Made by a program: the position numbers and the translations under genes. Below the pieces are notes generated by a model. It was not told where the DNA came from, ran no database searches, and worked only from the letters and a program-made list of their open reading frames with translations. A stretch of 64,000 bases of DNA, taken from IMG/VR virus record IMGVR_UViG_3300025389_001063; one strand, 5' to 3'. This DNA is from a virus. Its lineage: Duplodnaviria; Caudoviricetes. Of the stretch, positions 46,501-56,419 are shown in pieces; position 1 is the stretch's first letter, and every line of letters begins with the position of its first letter.

Positions 46501-48401
46501 TCGGTGTCCAACTAACACAAAATAAAGTATTTGTTACTAGTGCTACAGGAACATTTAATGTTAATGACTTGCTAACATTTACTAGTGGTGGTACAGGTAC
46601 AGTAACTACAGGTGCATTAAGTAATCAAACAGGTAACTCATTTACATTGAATACTTTAACTGCACAACCTGTTGCTGGTAGTGTTATTACATTAAACGGT
46701 ACAGATTCTTATGTTGTTCAAGCAGTTAACGGAACTTGGGTTAACTCGTCAACAGTAATAACAATTCTTTTAGCATCCACTACTGTTACAACATATGCAA
46801 ATAGTACATCAGCATCTTTCCGTTCTCAAACATCAGTTGTTAAAGCAGAAGCACATGAGTTCTTCTATGTTGGTACAGGTGGTGTAACAAATACAAACTA
46901 TCCAGGAACTCCGTTATCAGGTCCAACTCCAGCAAACGAAATTGTTCAAGGATTACCTGGTAGAGTATACTACGAATCAATCAACGAATACGGAAACGTT
47001 AAAATTGGTAGTTATTTTAACGTTAATCAGCAAACAGGTGTTGCTACACTTAATCCAGCAGCATTTGCTATAACTGGTGCATCATCCTTACAACTAGGTG
47101 CAATTGGTACATTAACTGGAGCAACTATCACTAAGTTCTCTACAGATGGAACTTTAGTTAATAATAGTAGCCTTAGTGTTCCTACTGAATCTGCTGTTAA
47201 GACGTATGTTGATAATGGTCGTACAACAACACTTTTACCAAATGGTTTCAATCTCAGCAGTCTTACTAGCATTGGTATAGTTGAAATTTCAAATGACGGT
47301 GTTAACATTGTTAAGATAGATCAAAACTTAACTGCAACTACAAGAGCAGACTCAACATTTGGTACTGGTACATCATATGCAAGAGCTGCAAGTGCTAGAA
47401 CTATTGTAATATATCCAGTTAGCGGACAGACTTCATTTACAGTATGGGTAAGTGGTATTCAATACACTTATACATCAATGATAACTGGAACATACGCAAG
47501 TCTAAACAATCTTAATTACTTCTTCTTTGGACCAAGTGGTATAGTATCTTATACATCTGGAACTATTCAAGACTCATATTATGAAAGTTTAGCACTATTT
47601 GCAGTTGCAACAGGTACAGATAGCACTAACACATTTGCTGTATTTTCGAGAAAAACACTCGGAATTAATATGCCAGGTACAGTTCACCGTTATTTGATTA
47701 ACTCTACTGGTGCTGTATATAAGACTGGTTTAGGTGTTGTTGGTGCAACATCAGGTGCTACCACATATACTAATACAGTAGCAGGTTCTACCGCAGTACA
47801 AGAATTAACACATACTTTTGCATCACTATCAACTAACTATTGGTTGTATAATATTGCTGGAGTATGGACTGTAGGTACTGCTGATAATAACTTTGGTTAT
47901 TTAACAGGTGGTACTGCACAATATAACGGTTCGGGTGCATTAACAACACTCACAACAGGTCAGTACACAGTTACATATTTTATTGCTACAAGTGATAAAA
48001 TACGTGGTGGTGTTATGAAACTTGTAGGACAAAAAGTATTCACATCACTTGCCGCTGCAAGACAGTCGGCATCAACTGAACCAAGAGACACAAGTCTTGT
48101 TGGTTTACCTAACATGGATTTTGTTTGGATTGGAGCTGTAGTTATTAACTCAACGGGTGCTGTTCAGACATTAGATAACGGAACAACATATATTGATCTT
48201 CGTTATCAAATCATAAACGGCGGTGTTAATAGTTTAGGTTATCATCTGGTCAATGCAGCAGCATCAGACATTTACTATAATAATGCAACATCCGGTTTAG
48301 CAGCAACAAACGTTCAAACAGCAATTGATGCTGCTTCTTCAAGTTTGACTAGAGCTAGAAGTACATTATCACTAAATACATTATGGACAAATGCCTGGTA
48401 A
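43524..48401 (+). CDS. Large fibre protein: ten CBM5/12-like repeats plus beta-helix domain
   Basis: Ten GTW...T.Y...D.V..GG..Y......W repeats, then LYVG..G.D...PFASI.YA...IFVKSGTYNE..PI.VP. Confidence 0.7.
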   Translation: MAEFKIGRLRFVWQGTWTTSTSYVKDDVVRFGGKTYVCLVGNTSGTFYTDLASGYWSLMADGFSYQGTWTTATSYKIGDVVRNGGQSYICVTGNTSGATFAGDSAYWNLLAGGISWRGTWTPATLYNVNDIIIFGAITFICTTANTSSSNFATDQSSYWTIFAQGTQFVNTWNNSTQYSADSIVTYGGYTYVSLQTNTGQVPPSSPSYWSVYTTGYSNQGTFSYGTTYKVGSVVQYGGNTYVAILDNTNQYPTNVTYWSIVAYGLNVRGTFSYGTQYNPNDIVVYGGTTYYALQANINVYPSALGSNWKVLSSGLSNRGTWSNSTNYFVNDLASYGANIYIATQDNTGQTPSTSASYWSVFNYGYNYAGTWTSSTAYKLGQVITFGGSLYQALSDNTNQTPGNVTITVTATTTGTNLITASSTTGLAANQPIVFASSVGNLVAGTTYYILSGFSGTQFQVSSTIGGTAFSLSTAGPVSISATQYGTTYWSKLSFGIKNRGTWVTSTSYNVDEIVIHGANVYISLIAHTSGTFSSDLSASKWQILASGLAWRNTWASSTVYYVNDLVVGPSGSVYIALQDNTSSGTFSTDLGAGYWQIFVQYNSFSPPSYSTPGTALTVASGGASLSWLNPTGSTNVLYVGPGGVDSVSGGYGTSLALPFASIRYACTQASSGYTIFVKSGTYNEFLPITVPAGVAVIGDNVRTTFVNPVSGTSVTTTVTQVSSTGNLITASSTASFIANAPITFSANLGNLVAGTVYYIVSGFGATTFQVSLTSGGSVFNPGTATGSISATQYGDLTGLIPNNQSTMFKLSDNTSLREMTFQNMTGWVPGGTANDITTSTPKGIYIGFNSGAITRPPSVSNCTTSTASGAIGAYLDGSVVTGLKTASFRYFNVQSDTGVGIWATNNARPEVITSATSYCYFSYAATNGGFIRLNNCKTNWGTYGLTSRGYLSSETAITGNVVGQQLNFTYNTGNINVGDTVTSVTSGGTATVIGVQLTQNKVFVTSATGTFNVNDLLTFTSGGTGTVTTGALSNQTGNSFTLNTLTAQPVAGSVITLNGTDSYVVQAVNGTWVNSSTVITILLASTTVTTYANSTSASFRSQTSVVKAEAHEFFYVGTGGVTNTNYPGTPLSGPTPANEIVQGLPGRVYYESINEYGNVKIGSYFNVNQQTGVATLNPAAFAITGASSLQLGAIGTLTGATITKFSTDGTLVNNSSLSVPTESAVKTYVDNGRTTTLLPNGFNLSSLTSIGIVEISNDGVNIVKIDQNLTATTRADSTFGTGTSYARAASARTIVIYPVSGQTSFTVWVSGIQYTYTSMITGTYASLNNLNYFFFGPSGIVSYTSGTIQDSYYESLALFAVATGTDSTNTFAVFSRKTLGINMPGTVHRYLINSTGAVYKTGLGVVGATSGATTYTNTVAGSTAVQELTHTFASLSTNYWLYNIAGVWTVGTADNNFGYLTGGTAQYNGSGALTTLTTGQYTVTYFIATSDKIRGGVMKLVGQKVFTSLAAARQSASTEPRDTSLVGLPNMDFVWIGAVVINSTGAVQTLDNGTTYIDLRYQIINGGVNSLGYHLVNAAASDIYYNNATSGLAATNVQTAIDAASSSLTRARSTLSLNTLWTNAW

Positions 48402-48434
48402 ATAAGGCGCAAGGATATATTAGGAGTATAATAA

Positions 48435-51400
48435 ATGACAACAGCGGCAAAATATGGCGCACAAGACTTAAACGGTAATCCATTCAATTACCAACAGTTA
48501 GTTCCACTACCAAGTACAAACCCAAGTACTACAAATACCGTAGTTAATACCAACATCACTAACAGAGCAGCATATGATGCCAGAGTTAGAGTTGCTTTAA
48601 CTAATACCCCAATTGGATCACAAGTTGTTTCAAACGTTCATGGATCGCAGTCATTTGTTGCACAACAGAGTGCAGCATCAACACTTGTTGAAACACAACA
48701 AGTTTTAACAATTGATACTGCATCAGCAATTACTAATGCATTTTCAACAGCATCATATGTTGTTACAGCAACTACTGAAAATACAAACGTTATTACAGTA
48801 TCAAGTACTGCAACATTTACAGTTGGTCAACCAGTTGTATTCAGTGCTTCGGTTGGTAACTTAACAGCAGGTACAGTTTATTATATCCTAACTATTCCTA
48901 GTTCAACAACATTTACTGTTTCTCCAATTTGGAACGGACCAGTTCAAATGTTAACTACTAGTACATTTCCTATGATTGTCCAACAAACTGTAACTAACCT
49001 GTCAGTTGGTATGCCAATTAACTTCCACGGTACTACATTTGGTTATGCTTTTTATAACATGAACTATTATGTTGCAAGTTTACCAGGTGGTTCAAATGGT
49101 ACAACATTTACTATTTCATTATTCCCAGGTGGTCCAACATTACCTTTAATTTCTGCAATTGGTACAATGTCCTGCGTTCCAGTAGTTACTCCAGTTGCTA
49201 ACCCACAAACCGCTCAGTATCCAACTGCAATGACTTCAGCAATTGCACTTAATACAACTGCTCAGTCAGGCTACTATAATACTTTACAAGGTATTACTGT
49301 AATAGCATCAACAGCATCAACTAACGTATTAACTACAGCATCATTTTCGATTACTGCATCAACTGCTGCTTCAGGTACATTAGGTTTTGGTTATTTAACA
49401 ACTAGTGGTAACGCATACCTCTTAACAGCAGGACAACCAATTGTATTCAACGCAACAGTTACTGGTTCTGCTCTTTATGCTAACATTACATATTATGTTC
49501 ACTCAGTATTAAGTTCTACAACATTTACTGTTAGTACTTCTTATAACGGTAATCCATTCTCAATAGCAACTAATGCTAGTATCAGTGGTGTTACAATGTA
49601 TCTAAGTACAAACTACCTTCAGACTAACCAGCAGATAATTTTCACTGGTACTTCTTTTGGTAATATTACTCCAAATACTCCATACTATATTTCAACAGTT
49701 CCAAGTAATAACACATTTACTGTTTCAACTTGGCCAGGTGGACCAGTATTTCCTTTAACAACTACCACAGGTACAATGGTTGCATCGGCGTTTGTTCCTC
49801 CAACAGTTCCACAACTTGTTTTTGGTAGTTCTCAAGCAGGTGTAACTCTAAACATTAGTGCTACAACTACTGGTACAAACTTAATTACTGCTACTAGTAT
49901 AACTGGTTTAGTAGCAAACCAACCAATCGTATTCAGTGCTAGTATTGGTGGTCTTATTGCTAATACAACTTACTATGTTGTAAGTGGTTTTGGTGGAACT
50001 ACATTCCAGGTAAGTGCAACACAAGGTGGTACTGCATTAAGTTTAACATCTGGTACAGGTACATTAACTGCCCAAGCATTACCATATTTTAACACTTTTT
50101 CAACAACTGTTACAGCAACTACAGCAAGTACAAACTTAATTACTGTAACAAATACATCAAACTTTGTTCCAGGACAACCAGTTGTATTTGCTTCTGCTGT
50201 TGGTGGACTTAGTGCTAATACTGTTTACTATGTATTAAACGTTTACAGTTTAACACAATTGGTTGTTTCAACAACACAAGGCGGTGTAGCATTCCCTCTA
50301 ATCACTACTACAGGTCAGTCTGTAGCAATGTCTCAAGCAACTACTGGTTTAGCAACAAACCAACCGTTGCAGTTTGCTACCGTAACAATTTCAGTTACAG
50401 CAACATCGTCAACTGGTAATTTAATTACTTGTAATAATACTGTAAATCTTGTAGCAAACCAGCCAATAGTATTCAGTGGAACAATTGGTACTATTACAGG
50501 TGGTACAGTTTACTATGTGTCAGCAGTTACAGGTGGTAGTACTACTACATTTACTATCAGCCAAACATCGGGTGGTGCTGTATACGGCATGTCCAATGCT
50601 TCAGGTTCCGTAACGGCTCAACAAGGTACATTCTCTGGATTAGTTCCAGGACAGGTATACTATGTATACAGTGTTCCTTCACTAACACAAGTTGTAGTTT
50701 CAAGCATCCATGGTGCGCCAACTCCTCTTACATTAACTACTGTAGCAGCAGGTTCTATGCTTGCTACATTCCAGTCAGTTATTCCTACAATTACACTAGG
50801 AACATCAACTGCAACTGGTACAGTTTATCCTTTAAACAACACTTATACAACTTCAACATATTCAATAAGCAGCACTACTACAACTAACGTTGTTATTGGT
50901 TCTGCAGTTCCACTTATGACAGGTCAGCCAGTTACATTCTTTATCGGTGGTTCACTTGCTAATTCGAACGGTATTGTTGCATTTGTATCAGTTACAGCAA
51001 CTACATCAGGAACTAACGTAATTACATTAGCAAGTGCTACTGGTCTTTATGTTGGTCAAGCAATTGTGTTTGGTGCTAGTGGTGGTGGTATTATTACAGG
51101 TACAGTTTATTATATTACATCGATTTCAGGTGCAAATATTACTGTATCAACAACACCATATGGTACAAACCTTACACTAACAACTGCTACAGTATCATTT
51201 ACTGGTGTTCCAACTTATTACATCACATATTATGATAACCCAACTAACTCTATACAGATATCTGCAACATACGGTGGTCCAATTGTTCCATTAACAGCAG
51301 GTATTCCAGGTAGTAGTACAGTACAACATGCAACTACTAACCTTCTTGCTGGGCAACCAATATATGTAACAGGTACAGCATTCGGTGGTACTACTACTAA

Positions 51401-54400
51401 TACTACTTACTATGTAAGAACTATTCCATCTGCAACACAGTTTACAATTTCAACTTCACCATTTGGACAGATCTCTACATTAACAGCAACAACTGGTACA
51501 ATGCCAACATTAATTGGTCCAAGACCAGTAATAACAATTCAGTCAAGTGTTTCATCAAACCAGTTAGCAACACAGACTTATGCAGTTACAGCAACTACAG
51601 CTACAACTAACTTAATTACTGTATCAAATACATTTGCTTTAACAGTAGGTATGCCAGTTGTATTCAGTGGTGCTTTAGGTAACTTAGTCAGTGGTATGAT
51701 TTACTATGTTGCAAGTATTCCAACAGCAACAGCATTTTCAGTTTCACCAACACTAGGTGGAAATACATTTGCTCTTGCTACAGCAACAGGTTCTGTAAAC
51801 GTACAACAGGCTACATCACTATTGTACATTAACCAAGAAATACAGTTCCAAGGATTTACTTATCCACTTAGTACAGCAACATCAACTGGTATTACATTTG
51901 GTACTACATATTTTATTAACAGTATTGTGTCTACTACAACCTTTACAATTTCAACAGCACAAAACGTTGCCGGTACATCTGCAACTACTGCTACTGTAAC
52001 AGGTGGTAACATAATTCTTGCTAACCCAATTGTTAATAACATTGTTGACGTATTTGCTTACACAACAAATCCTGTTACTGTAACAGCTACATCAAGTACA
52101 AGTCCAACATATTATCTAACTTGTGCTAATACAGTTAACTTAGCAGTTGGACAACCAATTATATTCACAGGTACTACATTATTAGGCGGTGTATCTGCAA
52201 ATACAGTTTACTATGTAAACTCAATTGCAAGTACTACACAGTTTAATATTTCATCTACATATGGTGGTCCAGTTGTAGCATTAACAACAGGTAGTGGTAC
52301 GATGTCAGTTCAACAAGCAACATCTGGTTACTCCGCTAACCAAACTGTTATATTGAACTCACCAACTGTAACTATTACTGGTACAAGTTCATCAGGTAAC
52401 TTATTAACTTGTAATACTACAAACAACTTAATAATTGGTCAGCCAATTGTATTCGGTAATATGGCACAAGGTACTGCTAGTATTGGTGGTGTTGTTGCTG
52501 GTACAACTTACTATGTATTAAGTACACCAAGTACAACAACATTTACAGTATCAGCTACTCCAAGTGGATCTGCACTTACTTTAACTACTACTTCAACACA
52601 GTTTGCAGGACAGCAAGGTATATTCGGTCAGCAATATAATACTAATGGTCAGAACTGGGTAGTTCAAAGTACACCAAGTTTAACATCACTTATACTTTCA
52701 AGAGTAGGTTCAAGTGTTACACAGTCTGGTTTAGGACTATTTCCACTACCAGCAGTTGCACCACTTGTAGTAACTGCTACATCAGGATCTAGTCCATATT
52801 ATATTACAATATCAAGTACTGCATCACTTACAGTTGGACAACCTGTAATATTTGTTGGTACAACATTTGGTGGTTTAACTGCTTCAGTTAACAGTCTTAT
52901 TAACCCAACTGTTTACTATGTAAATGCAATTGCAAGTTCTACTACATTTAACGTTTACACTACAACTCCAGGTACTCCAGTTGTATTAACAGGTGCTAGT
53001 GGTAACTGTATTCTTGTTCCGTTAAGTGCAACAGGTATTGCTACTGCTTATTCATACAACGTAACACCAACTCTTGCTATTGGTGCTACAACAACAAGTA
53101 CTAACATTTTAACTACACAGGCTTACAGCGTTTCACTAGGTGCATCAGGTACAAACTTGATATCAATATCAACATCAGGTGGTACAACAGCATTTGTACT
53201 TGGACAACCAATTACATTTGCTGCAAATACTGGTAGTATTACAGGTGGTATTACTTACTATATCTCTTCGATACAGTCAACTACCACATTTAGTATTTCA
53301 CAGTTCTTTGGCGGACCAGACTTGATTATTACAGGTTCCGGTAGTACTACAATGAACCAAATAACATCATTCTTACAGATTAATCAACCAGTAACATTTA
53401 CTGGTACATTATTAGGTGGTTTGACTGCTGCTTCTAACTATGCTGTAACATACTATGTAACTAACGTAGTAAGTAGTACAACATTTGTTGTCAGTACTCA
53501 GTCAGGTGGTGTAGGCACACAGTTATCACTCACAACAACAACTGCTACAGCACCAAGCTTTATGATGGCACAAGTTGGTTCTTATAGATCTCTTAGTTTT
53601 AACTCAACTAACAACGGTACTTCAGTACTGCAAACTGAAAGTTTTTCTGTAACTGCTACTGCCGCAATTAACGGTGGTCAGATGCTTGTTACAGCAAGTA
53701 ACACATTTGCAATGTATCCAGGTATGGCTCTATCGTTTACAGGTACATCGATCGGATTTTTATCAAATAACGTTCTTTACTATGTAGTATCTGTATATGA
53801 CGAAAAAAGATTTATTATTTCTACTGCACCAGTTGGGTCAATTGGTATTGCAACAAACGGTACAACTGTTCTACAGACAGCAAACGGTGTTGCACTAACA
53901 CAACAGACTACAACAGGTACTATGTCAGCTGTACAAAGTTTAGCAAGATTACAACAGAACCAAGCAGTTGTATTTTATCCAACTATTGGTGGTGTAATGA
54001 TTGCAGGCTTAACACAGGGTACAATTTACTATGTTAACCCTACATTTACTAATCCAATGAGTGGCACATTGTCAGTATCAACTACACCTGGCGGTTCGGC
54101 ATTTACATTCTCAGCAGTTAACAATACTGGTACTACGGCGGCTATGATAATGGTTCCACTATCAACATGGACTGTTGCGTCAAACGTAATGATCACACAG
54201 CCAATGCCAATTTATAGTGGTACAACATCATCAAACGTGTTCACTACTGGTAACTTAACTATTGTTACAAATACATCATACGGTACAAACTATATCACTT
54301 GCTATAGTACATCTGCACTAGCAGTTGGTATGCCAGTTGTATTTGGTTCGGCTATTGGTTCACTAGCATCTGCTACAACATACTATGTTGTTCAAATTAT

Positions 54401-55934
54401 TAACGCAACACAGTTTACAGTATCACAAACTTGGGGTGGTCAAGTTGCTATTCTAACACAAGGTACTGGTGCTGTTACACTTCAACCGTCGACAGCATTA
54501 ATGACGGTAGGTCAACCAATGTTAGTTACAGGAACTGGATATATTTCATTTACTAGTAGCTATACCGTTGCATATAATCCAGCTTTTTATGTTGCTTCGA
54601 TTCCAAGTTCTACAACATTTACATTAGCTTCATCGTTAGCTAATGCGTTAGCAGGCACATCACTTGCAATCTCAACCACAACATATGGTTATATGACTAT
54701 GACTGGATCAACTGCAAACTACTTAACAAATATGTCAAACGTAATTGGTCCATCACAACCAATTGCATTTACTGGAGCACAGATTAACGTAACTATTGTT
54801 AACGGACAGAATCTATATACTCCAAATAGTACAATATTATTAAGTGCTAACCAAGCAGTAGTGTTCACAGGTTATGGTTATACTAGCCAAACAAGTGGTA
54901 CTATACAGCCAGGTACAGTTTACTACATTAAGGCTATCTTAGATAATAATACATTTACTCTAAGTGCAACACCAGGTGGTACTGTAATAACTTGGGTAAC
55001 TGAAACTAATACTTTAACAATGCAAATTGTAAGTAACTTAGGTTCATCATTAATACCTTACTCAACTTACTTTGTATTGGCAACACCAACTCCAAATACA
55101 TTCCAGATTTCAACATCTGCTGCAACTGCAAGTGGTTTAACATTAACAGTACCGTCCGCTGTAACACAAACAGCAGGTAATACTATAGTTAACGTTGCAA
55201 GTAACATTGTTACACTTGCTCAAGCACAGGGTGCAACAAATACATTCTTTGTACCAAACACTCCTGTAACATTTACAGCATATAGTGGTACAACGTTTGG
55301 TGTAGGTGCAACAGCAGGTACAAGTACATTCAACGGTGCTCCAGTTCCAGGTACTCCGTTCATAGTAACAGCAGTTGCTACAAACGGTAACATTACATTG
55401 AACACATCTGCAGCTAGTTTACTAGTAATAGGTCAACCGATAGTGTTTACAAACCCACTATCACCGATTACATCTTCAACTGGTGTATCACCATTCGTGA
55501 CATATTATGTTCTTAGCATTTCAACTACAACAATTACAGTTGCTTCAAGTTGGCCAAGCACTACAGCAGTAACATTCTCCGCTGCTTGGTCTTCACAGTC
55601 AACAGTTGGTGGTTTCTATGCTATACCACATTACTATGTTAAAGCAGTACTTGATAGCAGAAGAATTATGCTATCGGCTACACTAAATGGTTCAACTTGG
55701 CCAATTACAAACGCATCTGGTACTGTTCCAGGTAACTATGCTACTGGTACAAACATTATGACAATCAACTCACTACCGTCATATACTGACTTTATTGAGC
55801 ACGATGTTTCATTATCACCAAACGGTACATTTGAAAGAACAGGTATACTTGTTCCTCCAAATACTTACTTGTATGTTTCAAGTAATCAGCCACAGGTAAC
55901 TGCGGTAGCAATAGGTATCCAAGAATCAGTATAA
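48435..55934 (+). CDS. Giant (2499 aa) Thr/Ser/Gly-rich modular fibre/decoration protein
   Basis: About 27 copies of a ~70-aa module (L..GQP.VF....GG....T.YYV......TF.VS...GG), many nested. Confidence 0.7.
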   Translation: MTTAAKYGAQDLNGNPFNYQQLVPLPSTNPSTTNTVVNTNITNRAAYDARVRVALTNTPIGSQVVSNVHGSQSFVAQQSAASTLVETQQVLTIDTASAITNAFSTASYVVTATTENTNVITVSSTATFTVGQPVVFSASVGNLTAGTVYYILTIPSSTTFTVSPIWNGPVQMLTTSTFPMIVQQTVTNLSVGMPINFHGTTFGYAFYNMNYYVASLPGGSNGTTFTISLFPGGPTLPLISAIGTMSCVPVVTPVANPQTAQYPTAMTSAIALNTTAQSGYYNTLQGITVIASTASTNVLTTASFSITASTAASGTLGFGYLTTSGNAYLLTAGQPIVFNATVTGSALYANITYYVHSVLSSTTFTVSTSYNGNPFSIATNASISGVTMYLSTNYLQTNQQIIFTGTSFGNITPNTPYYISTVPSNNTFTVSTWPGGPVFPLTTTTGTMVASAFVPPTVPQLVFGSSQAGVTLNISATTTGTNLITATSITGLVANQPIVFSASIGGLIANTTYYVVSGFGGTTFQVSATQGGTALSLTSGTGTLTAQALPYFNTFSTTVTATTASTNLITVTNTSNFVPGQPVVFASAVGGLSANTVYYVLNVYSLTQLVVSTTQGGVAFPLITTTGQSVAMSQATTGLATNQPLQFATVTISVTATSSTGNLITCNNTVNLVANQPIVFSGTIGTITGGTVYYVSAVTGGSTTTFTISQTSGGAVYGMSNASGSVTAQQGTFSGLVPGQVYYVYSVPSLTQVVVSSIHGAPTPLTLTTVAAGSMLATFQSVIPTITLGTSTATGTVYPLNNTYTTSTYSISSTTTTNVVIGSAVPLMTGQPVTFFIGGSLANSNGIVAFVSVTATTSGTNVITLASATGLYVGQAIVFGASGGGIITGTVYYITSISGANITVSTTPYGTNLTLTTATVSFTGVPTYYITYYDNPTNSIQISATYGGPIVPLTAGIPGSSTVQHATTNLLAGQPIYVTGTAFGGTTTNTTYYVRTIPSATQFTISTSPFGQISTLTATTGTMPTLIGPRPVITIQSSVSSNQLATQTYAVTATTATTNLITVSNTFALTVGMPVVFSGALGNLVSGMIYYVASIPTATAFSVSPTLGGNTFALATATGSVNVQQATSLLYINQEIQFQGFTYPLSTATSTGITFGTTYFINSIVSTTTFTISTAQNVAGTSATTATVTGGNIILANPIVNNIVDVFAYTTNPVTVTATSSTSPTYYLTCANTVNLAVGQPIIFTGTTLLGGVSANTVYYVNSIASTTQFNISSTYGGPVVALTTGSGTMSVQQATSGYSANQTVILNSPTVTITGTSSSGNLLTCNTTNNLIIGQPIVFGNMAQGTASIGGVVAGTTYYVLSTPSTTTFTVSATPSGSALTLTTTSTQFAGQQGIFGQQYNTNGQNWVVQSTPSLTSLILSRVGSSVTQSGLGLFPLPAVAPLVVTATSGSSPYYITISSTASLTVGQPVIFVGTTFGGLTASVNSLINPTVYYVNAIASSTTFNVYTTTPGTPVVLTGASGNCILVPLSATGIATAYSYNVTPTLAIGATTTSTNILTTQAYSVSLGASGTNLISISTSGGTTAFVLGQPITFAANTGSITGGITYYISSIQSTTTFSISQFFGGPDLIITGSGSTTMNQITSFLQINQPVTFTGTLLGGLTAASNYAVTYYVTNVVSSTTFVVSTQSGGVGTQLSLTTTTATAPSFMMAQVGSYRSLSFNSTNNGTSVLQTESFSVTATAAINGGQMLVTASNTFAMYPGMALSFTGTSIGFLSNNVLYYVVSVYDEKRFIISTAPVGSIGIATNGTTVLQTANGVALTQQTTTGTMSAVQSLARLQQNQAVVFYPTIGGVMIAGLTQGTIYYVNPTFTNPMSGTLSVSTTPGGSAFTFSAVNNTGTTAAMIMVPLSTWTVASNVMITQPMPIYSGTTSSNVFTTGNLTIVTNTSYGTNYITCYSTSALAVGMPVVFGSAIGSLASATTYYVVQIINATQFTVSQTWGGQVAILTQGTGAVTLQPSTALMTVGQPMLVTGTGYISFTSSYTVAYNPAFYVASIPSSTTFTLASSLANALAGTSLAISTTTYGYMTMTGSTANYLTNMSNVIGPSQPIAFTGAQINVTIVNGQNLYTPNSTILLSANQAVVFTGYGYTSQTSGTIQPGTVYYIKAILDNNTFTLSATPGGTVITWVTETNTLTMQIVSNLGSSLIPYSTYFVLATPTPNTFQISTSAATASGLTLTVPSAVTQTAGNTIVNVASNIVTLAQAQGATNTFFVPNTPVTFTAYSGTTFGVGATAGTSTFNGAPVPGTPFIVTAVATNGNITLNTSAASLLVIGQPIVFTNPLSPITSSTGVSPFVTYYVLSISTTTITVASSWPSTTAVTFSAAWSSQSTVGGFYAIPHYYVKAVLDSRRIMLSATLNGSTWPITNASGTVPGNYATGTNIMTINSLPSYTDFIEHDVSLSPNGTFERTGILVPPNTYLYVSSNQPQVTAVAIGIQESV

Positions 55935-55943
55935 TAATTTAGA

Positions 55944-55968
55944 TTGTGGGGGACTAGTTCCCCCACAA
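55944..55968. terminator. GC-rich 10-bp hairpin after the giant gene (terminator or stabiliser; no U-tract)
   Basis: TTGTGGGGGA-CTAGT-TCCCCCACAA. Confidence 0.5.
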
Positions 55969-55990
55969 CATTAACATTATAGAGAAAAAG

Positions 55991-56398
55991 ATGAGAAAAC
56001 AACCTAGAATTAGTTCAGCACCGATAATACAATTACCAGCAATACAACAAGGATATTATTATTATCCGTTAGGTGCACCAGGTAATGGTACATATGCTAC
56101 TATTCCTATTAATACTGTAGGAACATTGATTCAGATGACTAACGCTCCTACAGCAAATACTTGGTATTTAGATTTTACTGGTGTTTCACTATCAATTAAC
56201 TTTGCAATAACTATAACTGTTTTAATACCACAAGGTGGCACAGCATATAATCCAACAGTTTTAGTAAACGGTTATACAGTAACAGTAATTGGTAGTGGTG
56301 CTTCAGGAACAACAAGTAGAACTAATGCTTATTATTATACAATTTTATGCACAGGACCTAATCAGTACTCTGTATTTGGTTATGCTCAACCAGTTTAA
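55991..56398 (+). CDS. Short fibre-tip-like protein, paralog of 56420
   Basis: MRKQPRIS.APIIQ N-terminus; WYLD.TG...T.TVLI.QGGT.YNPT..VNG. Confidence 0.6.
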   Translation: MRKQPRISSAPIIQLPAIQQGYYYYPLGAPGNGTYATIPINTVGTLIQMTNAPTANTWYLDFTGVSLSINFAITITVLIPQGGTAYNPTVLVNGYTVTVIGSGASGTTSRTNAYYYTILCTGPNQYSVFGYAQPV

Positions 56399-56419
56399 TA
56401 ACTTATAAGATGGGTAAAA

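Noticed and set aside
48435-55934. Intein explaining the split small domain
   Set aside because: No Cys/Ser start with His-Asn end and no Hint motifs; the insert is made of structural repeats.
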